Shown piece by piece: positions 55,682-64,000 of a DNA stretch of 64,000 nt; position 1 is the stretch's first letter, and each line of letters begins with the position of its first letter. The stretch lies in the NCBI RefSeq assembly GCF_018350175.1, contig NC_058368.1:144834001-144898000 (forward strand), read 5' to 3'. The stretch is from Felis catus. Taxonomy: Eukaryota. A model generated the notes under the pieces. That model was not told the origin of the DNA. It searched no databases and was given only the letters and a program-made list of their open reading frames with translations. The translations under genes were made by a program, and so were the position numbers.

Positions 55682-56862
55682 AAAGATTGGTTAAGATTAA
55701 ATAGTACACTGAAGATCCAAATGTAAGCAAGATTATCACTCTCTCCACTCCAAATTCTATTTCAATTAGCTATTAAAAACTAAGAGACAGGAAGATAACA
55801 TAAATTATTTTTTTCTCTAAAAATATGATAATTGCTTACTTGAGGAGAAAGTGATTCAGCTTTAGAATAGCTATAAGTTTAGGATAATTCTTTCTATACC
55901 ACATATACCTCACTTCACATTTTCTTGAAATTTAAATTAACCTTAAACATTGGATCCGTTTCATGTTTATTTAGCATTAAGGTCATTGCTAGTCAATGGG
56001 CGTACCTCTGTGCATATTAGCAAAAGGCATCCTTGCTGGGTCAGATACTCATAGACTTTACAAGTGGAGCACAATCTGTATTTTAGTACCCTACCAACTT
56101 CCTTGAGTCAGGAACCTTTGTGCAGTGCACACACTACACAAAGGTACACTGCAGAACTCTCTCTATACTGAAGAAACTCAAGGGTTCAAAGTCAAGAAGG
56201 GAAAACATTACCAGGATCATTAAATTAAATCATATTAATTTTAAGACTGAAAGCTTAATTTTCATATTATGCATATATTCATGTGTTATTATTAAGAGAG
56301 AAAAATATTTGTGCAGTTAAACCACTATCACAAAACATGTAAGGAAAATTCACAGCATGTCATATACACAGATAGATGTGTAGTAACACCAATTCAGCCA
56401 ATAGGGACAGGGCAAATGCGTACTTGCCTCCAGGAATAGTGAAAGAGCAAACCTAGGTGTAACTAGTATAATAAATACAATCATAATAACTCTGATAGAG
56501 ATTGAGGTTATCTGGCAACTTAGTGATTACCATAATTATTTTAGAAGATCAAATCATTTTATGATAAATATATATTATAATAAATATAGGCTACTGTGGT
56601 ATACCTAAATCACATTTTCTATTTTAATTTTGAAGTCTGTTTATCCATATAGAATGCATGTTTACATTAGACTGTGAAGTAAAAAACTTCGTCATTTCAA
56701 AAATTATACATATTTTAAAAATATATATGCGAAATATATTTTTTGAATGATTACTTTTTTAAAAAAGTTAATATAACCAATTGCAGGGCTTTCAAAAGCA
56801 ACAGGATTTTTGTTGTTCAATGCTAGAAAGTGCAAAGAAAATTAAAATATATATATACTCAC

Positions 56863-56911
56863 TGAATTGGCATTTGTTGGGTTTGGCCAAGGTCTACCAC
56901 CACCTGGACCC
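56863..56911 (-). CDS. SSBP2: SSBP2 coding exon, 49 nt ([16 protein letters not shown])
   Basis: TAG acceptor, GTGAGT donor; phase 2 start completes the Met codon of the previous exon. Confidence 0.96.
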
Positions 56912-57463
56912 CTATAAGACAATATGATCAATGAAATTTTAACTTATGTTTTGAATGTTTCACAATAAGCAATAACAAATCATAAAATATAACATTTACA
57001 ATTCAGTTACCATGCAGTTCTAGGTCGGCACTGAAATTACTCTGTATTTTCACAAATTTTTTATTTCTTAAATCAAACATTTTGATCATTTCACAATACA
57101 GTTTTCTTCCCAAATCAAACTACTTTGTGTCAGTCCAATTTTATTTTAAGTTCAGTTATGGTAATAACCATTAAAAGTGATAATCACCTGTAACAGTAAA
57201 AACATGGGTAAAAATTACTAATTATGAAATAAATATAAAGTATAATCCTATGACACAAAGATAACTGCCACCTGTATATCATTAAAAATTAAAGTGAAAT
57301 TATTTTTAAAATATCAATATCTATAAAATAATTGCTTTTACTAAACTACAAATATATATATGTACATAAAAGATGACTAAATTTGACTTCTTTTAAAACA
57401 CACATAGACTATCAGATTACTTTATACATGTATTAATCTATCTCTCAGTGCCACTGACAATTT

Positions 57464-57467
57464 ACAT

Positions 57468-57518
<51 letters not shown>

Positions 57519-57637
57519 TAGTAGGCTTCATACTTAGTGCAGAGCCCAATGCAAGGCTTGAACTCATGACCTTGAGATCAAGCCCTGAGCTGAGATCAAC
57601 AGTCAGACACTTAACTGACTGAGCCACCCAGGTGCCC
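57464..57637 (-). mobile_element. Short Can-SINE with (TAAA)n tail
   Basis: ctgagccacccaggtgccc end; (TTTA)n at about 57467-57519; TSD gacaattt. Confidence 0.9.
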
Positions 57638-58602
57638 AGACAATTTTCTTTTTAAAAAAGGGATCACTTTTTTTGTTTTCATAATTGTAGGTCAAGACAG
57701 TGGCCAGAGTAAATCTTGAGATAAACAGGAAATAATCTAATCCAATGTACGTCAGTATATTACTTCACTTTAGGGTGGTGGATAAGGTTTTGTATTCTAT
57801 AGCTTAAAAGGACATGAATCTTCTAAAACAAAATTAAGTGAAAAAGTCTCTTGTACTCATGCTTCAGTATTAAGTATACCAAAATAAATACTGCTTGATA
57901 AAAAGTAGACTACTGTTAGCAGGTCCTCTGTAATTAGGGTCACTCAAGATTCCCTTTTCCTTCTAATTGCAGCAAAAAGACAGAGGAAATTTTTAATTAA
58001 AAAAAAAAAACAACAAAAAAACATGTCCCCTGATTCTTATTGCAGAGAGCTTAACCCTGAAATTCTCATATGTTAGATAGAAGCTGTCCAAGTTAGCTAT
58101 ATTACCCATGTTAGCTTGGACTATTTAGAATTGTTTTTCATTTTGTTTGGAATTCCCCAGGGATGTAAACAGCAGGGAAGTACATGAAAATTCTTTCCCT
58201 GGGCTCTATTAGGGTACCCAAATACAATTTTCTCCTATTCTGTTTGAGGAGTAAAGGAGAAAATGAGATGCCAGAGAGGAGTTGGTCAAAGTATTGTGCA
58301 CAGGGAGAAGGTTAGGGGCATGTACTTGTACTGTCTCTGGAACCCGTTGCCTCATTAAGATAGGGTTGATGATGATGATTTTACACTTAATTATAGGAAC
58401 ACTTTAGAAAGATGATCTTACATACAGGATTCAATGTCCTAATGGACAGAAAGTGAGGTAAAACATATGGCATGTATTTACCAAGTGAAACATTTTATTT
58501 GTTTGATGTTAATCCACATAATTTGTGTGATGTTAAATAAAACATAGTAAAGAAATTGGGAAATAATTTATCTTAAAACAGCATAAAATATTTGCTATAT
58601 CC

Positions 58603-58727
58603 AGGGGTGCCTGGGTGGCTGAGTTGGTTGAGTATCATACTCTTGATTTCGGCTTGGTCATGATCCCAGGGTCATGGAATCGAGCCACACATCAGGCTCT
58701 GTGCTGAGAATGGAGCCTTCTTGGGAT

Positions 58728-58777
<50 letters not shown>

Positions 58778-58778
58778 C

Positions 58779-58809
<31 letters not shown>

Positions 58810-58856
58810 CCCCTTTCTCCCTCTCCCCCACCTTCATGCTTTCTATCTAAAAAAAA
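58603..58856 (+). mobile_element. Can-SINE with long (CT)n
   Basis: ggggtgcctgggtggctgagttgg head; flanking tgctatat duplication. Confidence 0.93.
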
Positions 58857-59160
58857 TGCTATATACAAATCATGGCAAAAATTTGTATACAATGATGTTA
58901 AGTTGATAATGATCTCATAATTTTAAAAATAGGACTGTATAAGATTAAATATCATATTTATTTATCATTTAAAAATTATTTAATGTTAAATTAACATGCT
59001 AAATTAAAAGTTAAATAACTAAACATTTTACTTAAATAACAGCATTAAATTAAATGTTAAATATTACATTATCAATAACAATACCTTTTACACATTTCAG
59101 TTATTTGACAAATACTAATCTAGTCTCAGCACACTGTGTATTTCATATCACATTGGATTT

Positions 59161-59386
59161 TATTTTTTTTTAAGTGTTTATATATTTATTTTGAGAGACA
59201 AAGAGCCCATCTGAGAGAGCATGAGCAGGGGCGAGGCAGATAGAGAGGGAGAGAGAGAATCCCAACCAGGCTCCAAGCTGCCAGAACAGAGCCTGGCATG
59301 GGGCTCTATCTCAAGAACCATAAGATCATGACCTAAGCTGAAATCAAGAGTCAGGCACTTAACCGACTGAGTCAGCCAGGTGCCCC
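59161..59386 (-). mobile_element. Can-SINE
   Basis: ccaggtgcccc end; TSD cattggatttt / cattgcatttt. Confidence 0.92.
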
Positions 59387-59432
59387 CATTGCATTTTAAT
59401 ATGATAGGTTAAGTATTGATAATTCACATGGA

Positions 59433-59645
59433 GGAGGCCGATGGGTGGTTCTGTTAGTTGAGCGACTGACTTCGGTTCAGGTCATGATCTCACAGTTTGT
59501 GAGCTCGAGTCTCACACTGGGGTCTCTGCTGTCAGCACAGAGTCTGCTTCAGATCTTCTGTCCCCCTGTCTTTCTGCCCCTACCCAGCTCATGTTCTCTC
59601 TCACTCTCAAAAATAAATAAACATTAAAAAAAAACTAAAAACAAA
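59433..59645 (+). mobile_element. Can-SINE
   Basis: Diverged head, caggtcatgatctcacagtt core; TSD aattcacatgga / aattcacgtgga. Confidence 0.92.
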
Positions 59646-62329
59646 AATTCACGTGGATAAGCCAAATTTCTCCCAACACTGCCGTTGTGATTGAAAACAA
59701 AGTTTCACAAATAGTGCTAAATAAAATGGGGGTTATATTAGTGAGAAGTTCTATTAGAACAACCACATAAGCTCAGTAATTCCCACTCCTTTTGAGCACC
59801 ATCAGTATTATCAAGAAAGTAATTTACACACTATAATACAGGAGTTATTTTGAATGGAGATTTCTATATAGGTACAGTCTGAAGTAGAATCAGGATAGCC
59901 TCATTTAAAAAACAAAGAGAAAAATGTAATTTAAAAGAAGCATGTATTTTTTGGTAAGTGTATACGGACTTGATAAAATAAAAGCAACTATGATTACTGT
60001 AGAGAAAATTTTTTTTGCTGTACAGTCATTTTATTTCAAGACAATAACTATGGAAAATTTATCATTCTATAGGATAACAAGAAGGTCTAGATCCTTTGAA
60101 ATTCTTTGTCCTCTTAGTTTTACAAAATACCAATGTATACAAAGTTGAATTAGAAATGCTATAATGCTGAATCCTAAACTCTCTGGAAATTTATAAAAAT
60201 GCGGTTAATTTAGAAATAGTTTCTTTTAAAAAACTTATCCATAATGCACTTGAAAACATTTACATGTGGCTGTAGTTGGTAAATTCTACTTTAAAGTACT
60301 GAAATTGATATTAGGCTTTTATTTGTAAAAATACAATAGTAGTTAGAGAAACATTAGAAGTATACTCTTTAATTTTAGATGATACTATAAATAACTTGAG
60401 TTCAGAGCACTGAAATATAAAAATTATGTCAGAATAACTATGTTCTATGGAGACAACCAATAATTGTAAAAATAAAACTACCAAAATTTTGTTCCAAATA
60501 GTTTGCCAGTTGGTATACAGTATTTAATTACTTTTGTGAGCACAGTTGGGTATTATTTTTCACTGTCATCATATTTCATGGCAAACAAGAAAAAGTGACA
60601 AGCTAAAGAAAACTCATCCAGATATGATTTGCCGGCAGGTCTCACCTGACTCCAACATGCAAATATCTAAGACTGTTAAAAACATAGCTTAAAGTAACAC
60701 TATTCTAATGCCTTTACCTTTAATTTTTAAATTACCCAACATGTAAAAAAGTGACGTGAAGAAAGCCACAAATGCTAGTTAGAAATACTTATTTGCCAAA
60801 ACATGAATTTAGTATATGTTTTAAAGATACTAAATTATGAAGTGAATTTCAAAAAAGTTTACTCTATTGAGTACAACGGAGATAATACATTTTATTTTTT
60901 TATGTCTCTTTAAATTCACTTTTGCTTTGTTGGGGCCAATATCAACACATGAATTATTCTGTCTGTTTGGATCTTACGTACTTCAGAACTTCCTTGTTAA
61001 AAGGAAATATTTACATTTTCATTGTTCTTTAAGAATATACTAATTTATAGAAAACTGAAAATTACATAAGACCACAAATAAATCAATAGTAAGAAATAAT
61101 GGAAATCTGAGTCTGTTAAGGCTCAGTTACTTTAAAAAACAGAAATTATACGAATAATACAATATTGGGTAATAAAAATATTTTAAATGATCTGAGTGTA
61201 TTTAAGTGAGAAACCCAAATGCAAATGTCAGCAAAAATAATATTAAAAATTCCAACCATATTTTTAGTGTCCATAGTCTAGGGAATTTAATGTACCCATA
61301 TGTGTTTATTTAAGTGTATGTGAGAAAAGAACCAGACAGTTTTAAGCAGCTGAGTTTCTTAATGGTCACATAAAAATAACTTTTTTCTTTATATTAACAA
61401 AAACAGGTTGATCTAAAGTTGACCACATGGCTAATTATAATGAAGTGTAGTACACATAATGACATTAGGTACAATCTTACCATTTAATGCTAATTTTTAA
61501 CTGATCATAATATTCAAAATGTATACTCCTTACATCTATACATAGTATTTAAAATTATATTTTCTAAAAGCTATTGCATTTTAAAGTCAGAATCTCAGGT
61601 AGGTAAATTTTATATACATCTAAATCCTATTGGTAAGAGTTGCAGCTTTTGATTTAAGCATAAAATATCACTCCTTTTTGTAACAACCATTAATACAGGC
61701 TAAGCCTTTGAGAGATTTAAGAAAAGTCAGACTTCATGTCTACCCATTTTTACTTTAAAAGTAAAAAGACGTGATAGGAAAATTTGACCTACTTTTTTCC
61801 CCTTGTTCTGTTAGTTTTGAGTCTGGCTGGTAGCCACTTATTAACCTATTTTCTATTTTAGGCAAAATTGCTTTCCATGAAAATGGTTTCAGAAACTTAA
61901 AAAATCCCTATCTATATCAAAGGAACTTGTCTCATTATATCTTCAATGCCATTAAATGATGGCAGAGCTGTCTAATTTGATATGTAAGTAACCAAAGGAC
62001 TAATGGGAAAATATATTAGAGGAAACTACCCACAACCCTATATGGAAAGGTTTCATTATTTCTGGTAAGCTTTCTTTAGGCCACATCATAGAATTGACCC
62101 TTTAGTGAATTAATGAAAGTCACAAACACCTGGAGTATATGGAACTTTGAGGGCAAGTTAGATACTGAAAAATAAGTTAAAATTCCTTAATAGATGGCGT
62201 TATTTGGTGTAATAGAAACAACCATGCTCTTTGGGCTTGAAAGGACTTTTCAGTAAAAAACAAACCAAAATACTGTCAGTTTACTCCTTATCTGCACATC
62301 TTAATTTTCAAACAAAAATTCACCCTATC

Positions 62330-62544
62330 AGGGCTCCTGGGTAGCTCAGTTGGTTAAGTGTCTGACTCTTGATGTTGGTTCACATCATGGTCTCATGGTT
62401 CGTGGGATTGAGCTCTGAGTTGGGCTCTGCGCTGATGGTGCAAAGCCTACTTGGGATTCTCTCTCCTCTCTCTCTGCCCCTTGCCTGCTCTCTCTCTCTC
62501 TCTGTATCTCTCTCAAAAATAAATAAACTTAAAAAGAAAATTTA
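62330..62544 (+). mobile_element. Can-SINE
   Basis: gggctcctgggtagctcagttggttaag head; TSD aaaaattcaccctat / aaaaatgaccctat. Confidence 0.92.
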
Positions 62545-63084
62545 AAAAATGACCCTATAGTATGGAAAGTTTTTTAATATAGAAGATAATACCAGAAAGA
62601 ATGCTTCCTGGGTTAAGAGTGATCCCAACAAAGCAAAAGTAAAGACTCATATATAAGAATTAAGATCTTTTAGGAATCATTTAGTATCTGTTAAAATGAA
62701 GTTAGTATCAATCGTCTGTTTCTGTGGAGTGAAGTCCTGGTCCTCGTGTCCGCATCTCTTTACAGTTTTGTATAGACTATGTGGAGGCTGTGTTTATACA
62801 TAAAAGACTCATTTTTAATTAAATAAATGAACCATGAAAACCAGGCTAAAAGTTGGCATTTGGCATTTGAAAATGGAAAAAAAATTAAAGGTTGCAAGGG
62901 AAGGAAGAAAAAGGGAGTATGTTGTGAAAACGAGGCAGACACTATTGCTCATGTTTAGTTCATTTACACCAGTTCCATTTTATACTACACAGAAATTGAG
63001 GAGCTGAAAGTGTGTTACAAATTAGTGTGACTTCAGAAGACAGAAAATAGAATACTAAACAGGATAATATGGCATTTTGCTTAC

Positions 63085-63152
63085 ATGTTCATTCCGGGCA
63101 TTCCAGGGCCACCTAAAGCATTCAGTGGGGGTCTCATTGCACCTCCATAGTT
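63085..63152 (-). CDS. SSBP2: SSBP2 coding exon, 68 nt ([22 protein letters not shown]+M); first exon in the window, gene continues beyond 64000
   Basis: Reverse complement AAC TAT GGA GGT GCA ATG AGA CCC...ATG AAC AT; acceptor AG at 63153-63154, donor GTAAG at 63080-63084; peptide matches the mammalian SSBP2 Gly/Pro/Met-rich region as I recall it. Confidence 0.96.
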
Positions 63153-63176
63153 CTGTAATGATAACCAAGGGTCAGA

Positions 63177-63241
63177 CTACCACAAAACAAAAAAACAAAA
63201 CCAAAGAGGAGGGGGGAAAGAAAGGAGAGCAGGTTAATGAT
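63177..63241 (-). promoter_or_regulatory. Branch point and long polypyrimidine tract with an upstream alternative 3' splice site
   Basis: Minus strand reads TCATTAACCTGCTCTCCTTTCTTTCCCCCCTCCTCTTTGGTTTTGTTTTTTGTTTTGTGGTAG with no AG before the final one. Confidence 0.8.
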
Positions 63242-64000
63242 TTCCCTACATAACTCCTGATTGGATAAGGCCTGTGCAATTCTTTCTCTGAAGGGTCCAC
63301 TCTTGTACTAATGCTTCTATTTTAACAATTACTTTGCTCTGTGTCTTCTAAAAACTACATGACTATGTAAGATCATTGGGGCATGTTAAATGATTAAGGT
63401 ACAACTGCAATTATAATACTCAACATATCTTTATTAAGGTCCTAATATCTGTATAACAGTGAATGTTTACAAATAAAACATTTTATAAATCCAAAACTCT
63501 ACTTTTAAAGAAAAAGACTTAGTTAACATGTTTGAAATTGTCAGACCCAGAACAATTCCATAAAATCTGAAGGAAAAAAAACAGACTGGTGAACCCAACA
63601 AGAAAGTTGAATGCAAACTATTTCTGCTTACAAAATAATACATCCTATAGAGAAATGCACTAATACAAACATGTACAACAATATATGAAAACTAAAGTAT
63701 GTATACATGAATCATATCACTCAATAGGCTTCTGTCAATTTCTCTTATGTATATTCAAAGGAGAAAAACATTTTAATGTTTTAACATGCATATCATATTA
63801 GCTTACTTTAGTTTCCATTAGGGCCAAAAGATTTATTTTAACATTCTTACGTTAATATATTTTGACACTATCAACTGCTTTCATGCTTGGCTTTCTCACA
63901 GCACTTTATCTCCAACCTTTCTGACTACTCTTTTTCAATTTCCTTTGCTGGCTCCTTTTATTTTGCACTCTTTAAAAGTTGCTTTTCTCCAAGTTCTAGC

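Noticed and set aside
58603..58700. tRNA-like A/B box sequences
   Set aside because: They are Can-SINE heads followed by CT tracts and A tails, not tRNA genes
1..64000. CRISPR arrays, operons, prophage or other prokaryotic systems
   Set aside because: The sequence is mammalian intron/exon DNA with no regularly spaced repeat-spacer structure; the remaining short ORFs fit random expectation

Overview
Eukaryotic genomic DNA from a carnivore, most likely cat-like (inferred from tRNA-derived Can-SINEs with (CT)n/A tails and a felid-type LINE-1). The window holds the 3' part of SSBP2 (single-stranded DNA-binding protein 2, SSDP family) on the minus strand. Nine coding exons (63085-63152, 56863-56911, 45240-45275, 43382-43436, 40043-40113, 36976-37054, 34429-34457, 20343-20441, 13547-13576) all have GT-AG boundaries and splice into one 516-nt frame (171 aa + stop, NYGGAMRPP...YSPSMTMSV*), followed by the 3' UTR. 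The introns carry a full-length degraded L1 (27146-33936, antisense to the gene), 12 of the 13 Can-SINEs found, truncated L1s, ancient DNA transposons, L2/MIR remnants and microsatellites. An ERV1-type solo LTR and the remaining SINE lie downstream of the gene. I see no convincing novel system. The best leads are RNA-processing candidates (alternative acceptor, possible poison micro-exon, intronic and distal poly(A) sites), several nested insertions, and an antisense ORF in the L1 5' UTR. Repeat family names come from my recall of consensus sequences, not from a search.
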